Below the pieces are notes generated by a model that saw only the letters and a list, made by a program, of their open reading frames with translations, searched no databases and was not told the origin of the DNA. The position numbers were made by a program, and so were the translations under genes. Of a stretch of 27,906 nucleotides of DNA, positions 8,728 to 15,925 are shown in pieces (position 1 is the first letter of the stretch; the number at the start of each line of letters is the position of its first letter). The DNA is from Promethearchaeota archaeon (GTDB lineage Archaea > Asgardarchaeota > Lokiarchaeia > Sigyniarchaeales > SOKP01): positions 1 to 27,906 of the forward strand of contig JABXKD010000049.1 in the NCBI GenBank assembly GCA_013375475.1, in the 5' to 3' direction.

Positions 8728-9759
8728 TTAAATCCAATGTTTTAAAAGATATTTACGAGAAAATTTATTTCTCATGATTTTTTCGATGATTAATTTTCTA
8801 GTGTTGTCTATTAGATAGTTTTGTTTCCTTTCAAGAAATAAATTTTTCATATTTTCTTTAATTCTATTTTTAAAAGGTTGAATCCATTCTGCATCATAAG
8901 GGCCAACTTCACTTATTGCTTTTCTAAAGAGAGGAAGATCATACATATTCATAGGGCAATTGCAAAACTTAACTGGACACCTTATTAATTTATCCTTAAA
9001 TTTAATTCCTTCATAGATGTTTCCAAGAGATTTATTAATTGCAAAACAATAACTGATATCTCCATTTGGATGAATTATACCAACATTATACCCTACATTA
9101 CATAATTTTCCATATTGGTGAAACCAGTCAATATACTTTTTTGTTAGACCCAAAATCTTACGTTCTTTTTTACTATAGGAATCAGGGTAAAATTTTCCTT
9201 TATATGGTCCAACATAAACCCAAAATGTTAAATCAATTCCCTTTTCTAAAAAATATTTTTTATATTTATCGCTCTCTTTCAAAAGTGGGGGATATCCAAC
9301 TTCAATAGCCCCAATATTAAATCCTCTGTTTTTACATAATAAAAAATTATGAATGTATCTACTTAATAAATTCTTTCTTTCTAATTCTTTAATGTGACAT
9401 GAAGCGTTAATAAATAAGACCCTTTCAGGATTAATTTTTTCAGCAAATTCTTTTACTTTTTTAGAGGTCAAGTTAGTATTAAAACTAATGAAGTGTTCTT
9501 TTGTTAATTCAATACAAGCTTCAACTATATTTGGAACTAAAAAAGGTTCTCCACCTGTAAAATTAATTCTGTAAATCTTATTTGAATTGTTAAGAGTCTT
9601 TTTTAAAGCAGAAATATTAATGGGATAAGTTTTTGTATATAATACTGATGGATTTGCTCCATATTGTGTTGCTTCACAATAATTACACTCCAAATTACAT
9701 TGATATGAAGTAATCAAGTGCAAATAAGCATCATATTGTGGATTTCGTATATTAGACAT
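8728..9759 (-). CDS. Radical SAM protein with SPASM/twitch-like domain (paralog A)
   Basis: CNLECNYC, FTGGEP, same auxiliary Cys pattern. Confidence 0.9.
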   Translation of the reverse strand: MSNIRNPQYDAYLHLITSYQCNLECNYCEATQYGANPSVLYTKTYPINISALKKTLNNSNKIYRINFTGGEPFLVPNIVEACIELTKEHFISFNTNLTSKKVKEFAEKINPERVLFINASCHIKELERKNLLSRYIHNFLLCKNRGFNIGAIEVGYPPLLKESDKYKKYFLEKGIDLTFWVYVGPYKGKFYPDSYSKKERKILGLTKKYIDWFHQYGKLCNVGYNVGIIHPNGDISYCFAINKSLGNIYEGIKFKDKLIRCPVKFCNCPMNMYDLPLFRKAISEVGPYDAEWIQPFKNRIKENMKNLFLERKQNYLIDNTRKLIIEKIMRNKFSRKYLLKHWI

Positions 9760-9859
9760 TATAAAAAATACTAAATTATGTCTAGTAGAAAATTGATATA
9801 AATAAATTAAAGAATTAGGTATTATTAAATTTTCGTTAGCTAAGGCAGAAGGACTAAAA

Positions 9860-10105
9860 TTGAGACCCCGATTTTTAAAAACTCTAATATCTCTAGATCG
9901 GGTATGCGGTTATTGTGGATATAAATTCAATCATGAGATAATAGAAATACTAAAAATAAATAAAAAAACAAGATTAGGAGTGAATCAAATAAGAAAAGGT
10001 TATAATATTTTCTGTCCGATGTGTTGCTCTTTTTCAAAATTCTTAGATCGTTTTTATGACCTAATTATTTATGAAAATTTAAATTTCATAGATTGTACTA
10101 ACTGA
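9860..10105 (+). CDS. Small putative zinc-ribbon protein
   Basis: Two CxxC pairs (CGYC, CPMC); TTG start; no family recognised. Confidence 0.45.
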   Translation: MRPRFLKTLISLDRVCGYCGYKFNHEIIEILKINKKTRLGVNQIRKGYNIFCPMCCSFSKFLDRFYDLIIYENLNFIDCTN

Positions 10106-10279
10106 AGATGGGAAACATTATAAATTTGGAATTGATATGATTAAAATCATATTAATTGCGTTAAATTTAAAGGAGTTAGAATAAATCTCCAAAACCAAGA
10201 GAAATAAATTCTGTGAAATATAAAAGATAAAATTTGCTTATAAGTTATAGGAACAAGAAAAATAATATAATCCAAAGAA

Positions 10280-10576
10280 ATGGGTAAGTTCAGTAATTTT
10301 TTCTCTGAATTCAAGGTCAACGATTATCTTATTCTTAGATTAGAAACCAACAGGACTAACATATATATCAAGGGTAAAATGTTTAGGCTGTGTAAATTTT
10401 TGCTATTAAGTATCCCTAAAGCGAAAGTCAAGGAGTATGATGATATAGAATCCATTGATGAGGCAGCAGAGAGAATAGATTCAACACCAGAGGGAAGAAA
10501 ATTAAGAAGATATCATATATCCGCTCAAACGGAATTTTTTGGACATTGTTCTAATCTCCAAGCGTGGTATGAAAAC
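10280..10576 (+). pseudogene. Truncated N-terminal module of the expanded Lokiarchaeal LRR-associated protein family
   Basis: EFKVNDYLILRLE..TNIYIKG..F..CKFLLL.IP...IESIDEAAE...TEFFGHCSNLQAWYEN matches my recollection of this family. After codon 10574-76 the ORF becomes unrelated sequence up to the stop at 10780. Confidence 0.65.
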
Positions 10577-10709
10577 ATTTCTATAACAATACTAATTTGC
10601 AGAATTAGTATTATATCCATAATAAGTAGGCTAAATGAGATAATGGTTTTAATAATAACTAATCCCGTTAAAAGATTAAAACGCTGTCTAATGAGCATCA
10701 GTCTACTAC

Positions 10710-10752
10710 ACCTAACAAAGCTTCAAAGATATAATCTCAATTTCTTAGTAGT
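10710..10752 (+). repeat. Short direct repeat, right copy
   Basis: See 5431..5473. Confidence 0.9.
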
Positions 10753-10818
10753 AAATACACTCTATCACTTCCTACAATAAAAATAAATGATATTATATAA
10801 AATCCTAATCTATAATAA

Positions 10819-10880
10819 GTAGAAGGGTCAAACTCCTAATATTCTTCCTTACTCTGTTTTTAGCCCTCTGACCCTTCTAC
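10819..10880. repeat. Perfect 12 bp inverted repeat followed by a T-rich tract (hairpin/terminator-like)
   Basis: gtagaagggtca (10819-30) / tgacccttctac (10869-80), 38 nt spacer, T-runs at 10884-10896. Confidence 0.75.
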
Positions 10881-10904
10881 ACCTTTTTATTTTTTTCTTA
10901 ATTT

Positions 10905-10985
10905 TTCAATACTTCCAGTTCCCTAAATACCTTCTATAAAACCGGTAAAACAACCGCTTCTATAGGGGGTAGGGGCGGTATTGAA
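10905..10985 (+). ncRNA. Candidate structured RNA hairpin upstream of the GT2 gene
   Basis: Nested stems 10905-13/10977-85, 10928-38/10961-71 and 10943-46/10953-56, with several G.U pairs that work only on the + strand. Confidence 0.35.
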
Positions 10986-11100
10986 CTTTTCAATAAAAAT
11001 TTTTATATTAATGTAACTTAGATAGATTTGTTTTATTTTAGTTTTTAAAAAAAGAGAATTCCAATTAAGTAATTGAAAAATACATTTAAAGCGAATTTTC

Positions 11101-12015
11101 ATGTTAGTAAATGAAGTTTTATGCAATAAATGTGGACAATTTTATAAAAAAACTAGTAGATATTGTATTAATTGCGAAGCTAAAGACATTGAATTAATAA
11201 AGCAGCATAAAAATTATGGAAAAAAAAATCTTGAAACTTCAATAATTATTAGAACAAAGAATGAAGAAAGATATTTAGAACATGTTTTGTTAATGCTAAA
11301 AAAACAAACTTATAAAAATTTTGAGATTGTAATTGTTGATGATACTTCAACTGATAAAACATTAGAAATTGCTAAAAAATATAATTGTAAAATTGTTAAA
11401 ATACCAGAAGGAAAATTTACCTATCCATATGCTTGTAATTTTGGTATTAGAGAAAGTATCGGTGAAAATATTGTGTTTTTAAGTGGGCACTCTATCCCAA
11501 TCAATACTAAATGGTTAGAAAACGGTTTAAACAATTTTAAGAGTGAAAAGGTTGCAGGAGTTTATGCGTATCCACTTAGTCACTATGGAGTAACTACGTT
11601 TCAAAGAATTTTATATTTTTTTAGCCAAGACTTCGGAAATAGAAGATTCATAATAAGTAATGTTAATAATATGAAAATAGGAAGACTTGATCCTTATTTT
11701 CATATTTTCCTATTTCAATGGTTTCCTATTACCGTCGCTAAAAAAATGAAAATAGGATCACTTGGCTTCACAAATGCAATTATTCGTAGAGATTTATGGG
11801 AGAAATATAATATAAATGAAAAATTTGCTGGTGGGGGAGAAGATCATGATTGGGCGAGACATTGGGTAGGAAAAGGATTTGTTATAGTTCAGGATCCAAA
11901 GTTTAAAGTTTATCATTCACATCATCATAAATTTATAGGTTGGATAAAACAATTTATTGGTTGGACCAAAATGACAAAAGAAATAGAATTTAAACCGCAA
12001 AAAAGAAATTTTTAA
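11101..12015 (+). CDS. Family 2 glycosyltransferase with N-terminal zinc-ribbon
   Basis: SIIIRTKNEE, IVIVDDTSTDKT, CNFGI, FLSGH and GGED motifs; N-terminal CNKC...CINC. Confidence 0.92.
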   Translation: MLVNEVLCNKCGQFYKKTSRYCINCEAKDIELIKQHKNYGKKNLETSIIIRTKNEERYLEHVLLMLKKQTYKNFEIVIVDDTSTDKTLEIAKKYNCKIVKIPEGKFTYPYACNFGIRESIGENIVFLSGHSIPINTKWLENGLNNFKSEKVAGVYAYPLSHYGVTTFQRILYFFSQDFGNRRFIISNVNNMKIGRLDPYFHIFLFQWFPITVAKKMKIGSLGFTNAIIRRDLWEKYNINEKFAGGGEDHDWARHWVGKGFVIVQDPKFKVYHSHHHKFIGWIKQFIGWTKMTKEIEFKPQKRNF

Positions 12016-12038
12016 AACAACATAAAAACAAATTAAAA
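11490..12038 (+). repeat. Long direct repeat, copy 2 (may extend further 5'; copy 1 is cut by the window edge)
   Basis: See 1..549. Confidence 0.95.
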
Positions 12039-12084
12039 AATTTTTTAACTTTTTTTAACTTCCTTCTATATAAAATTCGAAAGC

Positions 12085-12240
12085 TCAACCTCCATATCCG
12101 CTGTCACAAGGCTCTGGGTTAAGTATGAAATACATTACGACAAATAAAATAATCACTATTCCAATAATGCTTAATAATTAAAATAACAGATTTGTTATGA
12201 GTCCTTGGTTGGTAAAATGCAAAAAATTTGTTCTGTGTTG
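12085..12240 (-). pseudogene. Possible decayed 3' end of a membrane protein gene
   Basis: Reads NQGLITNLLF*LLSIIGIVIILFVVMYFILNPEPCDSGYGG*, with an in-frame TAA at 12178-80. Confidence 0.3.
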
Positions 12241-12319
12241 ATTAAGAAAATTTTTAAATTATTCTTACAATTTTAGAAGTGTCTCTTTATAGAAATTCGA
12301 AAATTGAAGGGTAATAAAA

Positions 12320-13414
12320 ATGTCAATATCCAATAAATCTAAACTTACTCCACAAGTGAATGCACTTATGGAGGAATTTCAGAAACTACAAATGCAAGCT
12401 ATTTCTGGGTTTCTTAAAATTAAAGAAAATCAAAAAATCAATTTTCTTAATCTTTGGAATAAGATGATGGAAGCAAATGCTCGGTGGGTTAACACTAAAG
12501 GAGAGGGTTTAACACTTGATGAACTATATGATCTTACGACTCATGAAGAAAGACTCTATCTTTCAAGATTATTACAATTCGTATTCAAGACTATGTCAGA
12601 TCAACAAGAACGTGAAAATCCGCTCCCAGAAGAGATAAAAATAGAGCAAATTAAAGTAGATGGGGTCCCAGCTGAATGGCAAATCGTACCAGGTGCAGAT
12701 GAACATCGAGTGTTATTATACTTTCATGGAGGAGGTATGGTTGTAGGCTCTCCTAGAGATTCGCGATACTTTACAGTTTCTTTGGGGCAAGCTACAAAGA
12801 TGCGCGTTTTGAGTGTAGATTATCGCCTTGCACCAGAATATCCTCATCCCGCAGGTCAAGAAGATTGTGTGAAGGCATATAATTGGCTTCTTTCGTCAGG
12901 AATAAAACCTAAAAACATAATTATTGGCGGTCTTTCAGCAGGAGGTTATTATACCCTCACAACCCTTTTGAGATTGCGGGAAGAAGGAATTTCTTTACCT
13001 TTGGGAGCGATTTGTATTTCACCAGGCACAGATTTAAGATTAGAAGAAGCTGATGACTCACTTTTTGAAAACGCTGAAACTGATCCGATCTTAGCAGATG
13101 GTGGACTATTATTGTTTTGTATTCCCGCTTACTTAGCAAGTAAAAATCCCAATGATCCATTAATTTCTCCAGTAACTGCTGATTTAAAAGGGTTTCCACC
13201 ATTACTAATACAGGCAAGCACGTGCGAAATGCTATATAATGGTTGCGAACGTCTTTTTGAGAAAGCCAAGGATGATGGAGTTGATGTAACCTTTGAGACC
13301 TGGAACGATGTACCTCACGGATTCCAAGTTTTTGGATTGAATATACTTCCTGAATCCGAAGATGCTATCAACCACATCAAAAGTTATATTCAAAAGTTAT
13401 TTAAGGAAGAATAA
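12320..13414 (+). CDS. Alpha/beta hydrolase, hormone-sensitive lipase family (family IV esterase)
   Basis: YFHGGG oxyanion motif, VDYRLAPE, GLSAGG nucleophile elbow, PPLLIQ..E, HGF. Confidence 0.92.
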   Translation: MSISNKSKLTPQVNALMEEFQKLQMQAISGFLKIKENQKINFLNLWNKMMEANARWVNTKGEGLTLDELYDLTTHEERLYLSRLLQFVFKTMSDQQERENPLPEEIKIEQIKVDGVPAEWQIVPGADEHRVLLYFHGGGMVVGSPRDSRYFTVSLGQATKMRVLSVDYRLAPEYPHPAGQEDCVKAYNWLLSSGIKPKNIIIGGLSAGGYYTLTTLLRLREEGISLPLGAICISPGTDLRLEEADDSLFENAETDPILADGGLLLFCIPAYLASKNPNDPLISPVTADLKGFPPLLIQASTCEMLYNGCERLFEKAKDDGVDVTFETWNDVPHGFQVFGLNILPESEDAINHIKSYIQKLFKEE

Positions 13415-13489
13415 GCACTTGAAATTCAACATTAATTAATTTCCTTTTTTTTATTAGAAATTATGAATTCCATTTTCTTTTAAATTTCT

Positions 13490-13663
13490 TTATTTTCTCC
13501 ATTTTTTTCGGTTTGGAGACCGTAAAACAATGCTGTCGAACCAAAAATGATAACTTCCAACAGCCGCCACTACCTCAGACTCGCATATCTTCTGCACTAT
13601 TTGAAGCAGAGAATCTCTTGATTCAACTACATCGTAACTAGTTAGTTCAAAATCGAAGTCCAT
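13490..13663 (-). CDS. Small hypothetical protein (57 aa) not in the ORF track
   Basis: MDFDFELTSYDVVESRDSLLQIVQKICESEVVAAVGSYHFWFDSIVLRSPNRKKWRK; visibly GC-richer than flanking intergenic DNA. Confidence 0.35.
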   Translation of the reverse strand: MDFDFELTSYDVVESRDSLLQIVQKICESEVVAAVGSYHFWFDSIVLRSPNRKKWRK

Positions 13664-13793
13664 TTTTAATTTATTAAACAGAATTTGTTATTGTCTTGTG
13701 ATTTAATAAGGTAGAACGCGTAATTAAATCTTTGGGGTGCTAAAATTTCCTTATTATTTGAAATTCGGCTTTTTACAGCGATTTTCGATTTTG

Positions 13794-13847
13794 GATGTGA
13801 TTCAAAATCCACATCAGTGTGTATCGAATACACAAAACATTTAAATA
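13794..13847 (+). promoter_or_regulatory. Palindromic operator candidates plus TATA box
   Basis: gatgtg-N10-cacatc (13794-13815), TGTGTAT-cga-ATACACA (13818-34), then TTTAAATA (13840-47). Confidence 0.55.
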
Positions 13848-13920
13848 CTAGAAAAATAATATACTAATTAGAAACAAAAAAATAAAATTAAAAAACTTAA
13901 AAAACAAATTGGAGGAAAAT

Positions 13921-14013
13921 ATGATGACTTATAACAAAAAAATGACTTTAAATGAAATAAAGATGAAGGTTTACTCCCAAGATTTAACAAGAACCTTTGT
14001 TAACAACTTTTAA
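13921..14013 (+). CDS. Small protein / leader peptide (30 aa) MMTYNKKMTLNEIKMKVYSQDLTRTFVNNF
   Basis: GGAGG at 13911-15, like the GGAGG before 14193 and 14910; upstream TATA; T10 after the stop. Confidence 0.55.
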   Translation: MMTYNKKMTLNEIKMKVYSQDLTRTFVNNF

Positions 14014-14020
14014 TAAAACA

Positions 14021-14030
14021 TTTTTTTTTT
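14021..14030 (+). terminator. Oligo-T terminator candidate
   Basis: T10 run 7 nt after the small ORF stop. Confidence 0.45.
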
Positions 14031-14192
14031 AATTTTTATAAAGATATAGATACACAAAAATAATACACAACAAAAAGTCAAGATTACGAGAAATAGTAAA
14101 AATACCCAAAATAAAATAATTAAAAATTCTAATCTACAAAAAATAAAAAAATACAAAAACAGAAAAAAGCTAAATTAAATGGAGGAAAAAAA

Positions 14193-14888
14193 ATGAAAAT
14201 ATCAGGATCAGGAACACTCTCTAAGATGAATCTTAACGACACAATATCAAGTTCGGGTTCAGTTAGAATAACTGGAGAAGTCGAATGTTTAGGTTTCAGA
14301 TCTTCAGGTTCCGCGAAAGGGGATGGAAATTTAATTGTTCATGGTGATTTTAAAAGCTCTGGTTCTTTTAATTTACGCGGGGCTCTAAATACAGATGGAA
14401 GTGCCAGATCATCGGGGTCCGCTACTATAGAAAAGGAACTTTTTGTTAAAGGAAAATTGGAAAGCTCTGGCTCACTACGCGTGGGAAATGGAGTTGAAGC
14501 ACTCGAAGGTATTAGATTTTCAGGCTCTTCTAGAGTGGATGGGGGTATAATCTCAGAAAAGGTCATTGAAATTGACGGATCAACTACCATTAGGGGAGAT
14601 ATAAAAGCAAACGATGTGCTTTTTGGGACTAATGCCCCATTTAGCGGAAAAAGAGGAGTGAAGCATCCGTACAAAGTTTTTGGTAAAATTTTTGCTGAGA
14701 ACGAACTAGAGTTAATAAATACCTTTGTTGATGGAGATGTTCGAGGTCGAGAGGTAAAAATTGGAAGAAAAACAGAGGTTACGGGAAAAGTTTATTATAT
14801 CGATTCTATAGAAGTTGACCCAAAAACTACCCTAGCCCATCAGCCAATTCAAATCTCCGAAATCACGGAAGATAAAATAACGAAATAA
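14193..14888 (+). CDS. Bactofilin-like polymer-forming beta-helix protein (resembles Bacillus YhbE/YhbF type)
   Basis: ~17 aa (S/I)SGSxxxxGxxxx repeats; MKISGSG start, GEVEC, and ELELINTFVDGDVRGREVKIG...V.Y end; GGAGG RBS. Confidence 0.78.
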   Translation: MKISGSGTLSKMNLNDTISSSGSVRITGEVECLGFRSSGSAKGDGNLIVHGDFKSSGSFNLRGALNTDGSARSSGSATIEKELFVKGKLESSGSLRVGNGVEALEGIRFSGSSRVDGGIISEKVIEIDGSTTIRGDIKANDVLFGTNAPFSGKRGVKHPYKVFGKIFAENELELINTFVDGDVRGREVKIGRKTEVTGKVYYIDSIEVDPKTTLAHQPIQISEITEDKITK

Positions 14889-14909
14889 TGAAAATAGTGG
14901 AGGATTATT

Positions 14910-15827
14910 ATGTCAGAAGAACCAAATAGAGAAAATGATAATTTTAAGGAGAGGAAAGAGTTTGATCGGAACAAAAGGGTTATAAACTACGAACTGGAAT
15001 GTCTAAGGGAAGATTTTTTAGAAGCTATTGAGGAATTACAGGATGATTTTAAGGAGCATGTTGATGATTTAAAAGAGAGAAAGGAAGAAATAACCGTTGA
15101 ATTAAAAGAAGAACTTCAAGATTTAGTAGATGAGAAAGAATATTTATTGCGAGATATTGATGATGTAAGAGACCAATTGGAAAATTTTGAAGAAGGTGCT
15201 ACAGAAAAAATTGAAGATGCGTATGAAAAATTACTAAAATTAAAAACTAAGAAGGAAAAATCCTTAGAAAAACATCTAGAAAAGTTAGAAAAAATACTTG
15301 AAAAAGCAAAAAAAAAGGCGGCAAAACGAATTAACATATCCGTTGACGAGGATACGAGCGAAGAGTGGAGGGATTGGTCGGACGAGTTAGGTTCTTCTGT
15401 TTCAGAGCTGATTCGAAAATCGATGAGATTCGTAAAAGACAACATTGGAGACCTTTCAAAACTTGACGAAATGGGGGAAACTATCGAACGCGCAGTCAGG
15501 GAATCTGGAATAGAAGATTTAGGAGAAAAATTAGAGCGTGAGTTCAAAGGGAAAAAAATCAAACCGAAGATAAAAATCAATCTCGAGGCTTCAGACGATA
15601 AAGACAGAATTAAAAAGAGGGTCAGGGGACTAATCAAGCTACAAAATAGTTTACCGATTGATAAACTCGCTCAAGCCCTTAACCGTGCAATCGAAGACGC
15701 AGAAAACCTTATATACGAATTAGTCGACGAGGGAATTGAAGGATCGTTGGAAGAGAATGTGTTTAAATTTACGAGTGCTCCTGAGGAAGTGATTGTAAAG
15801 ATTAACGAACTGATTGACAGAATGTAA
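14910..15827 (+). CDS. Coiled-coil protein with central ribbon-helix-helix motif and C-terminal winged-helix-like domain
   Basis: E/K-rich heptads over ~aa 25-135; KRINISVDEDTSEEW...SSVSELIRKSM (CopG-like RHH); LPIDKLAQAL...AENLIYELVDEGIEGSL (wHTH/PCI-like). Confidence 0.75.
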   Translation: MSEEPNRENDNFKERKEFDRNKRVINYELECLREDFLEAIEELQDDFKEHVDDLKERKEEITVELKEELQDLVDEKEYLLRDIDDVRDQLENFEEGATEKIEDAYEKLLKLKTKKEKSLEKHLEKLEKILEKAKKKAAKRINISVDEDTSEEWRDWSDELGSSVSELIRKSMRFVKDNIGDLSKLDEMGETIERAVRESGIEDLGEKLEREFKGKKIKPKIKINLEASDDKDRIKKRVRGLIKLQNSLPIDKLAQALNRAIEDAENLIYELVDEGIEGSLEENVFKFTSAPEEVIVKINELIDRM

Positions 15828-15830
15828 ATT

Positions 15831-15925
15831 TGGCTCTTTCTAGGGATACACGCCGAAAGGGTTAAGAAATAATATCTCGAACCGGGGGATATTGGAACAG
15901 TAAATTAAAAAATCAGAGAGTGTCA
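15831..15925 (+). ncRNA. Candidate multi-stem RNA structure in the 3' UTR
   Basis: Closing stem 15831-41/15915-25, ccGAAAgg at 15853-60, and stem 15870-78/15886-94; T-tract ~20 nt downstream. Confidence 0.35.

Larger units (their letters stand above)
5474..9780 (-). repeat. Four-unit tandem gene array, unit ~1085-1090 bp
   Basis: ATGs at 6496, 7581, 8669 and 9759; intergenic spacers are identical or nearly so. Confidence 0.95.

Noticed and set aside
5507-10105. RiPP cluster with the 81 aa Cys-containing ORF as precursor
   Set aside because: No RRE/PqqD domain, peptidase or peptide exporter is nearby, and the small ORF looks like a CxxC...CxxC zinc ribbon. Not formally excluded.
10923-11126. 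67 aa minus-strand ORF
   Set aside because: It overlaps the GT2 start and the hairpin, has no recognisable features, and is likely spurious.
1-12015. Diversity-generating retroelement (TR/VR) explanation for GT2 or radical SAM variation
   Set aside because: Many differences involve no adenine (ggc/gcg, ccc/ttc, tct/ttt), all copies are coding, and there is no reverse transcriptase in the window.
12041-12061. 10 bp tandem duplication ttttttaact
   Set aside because: Low complexity; most simply a T-rich terminator after the GT2 gene.
15831-15925. Guanidine-I (ykkC) riboswitch or SECIS assignment
   Set aside because: Only ttctaggg resembles the ykkC 5' end and its conserved 3' stem is absent. 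There is no in-frame TGA upstream and no AUGA/GA core for a SECIS.
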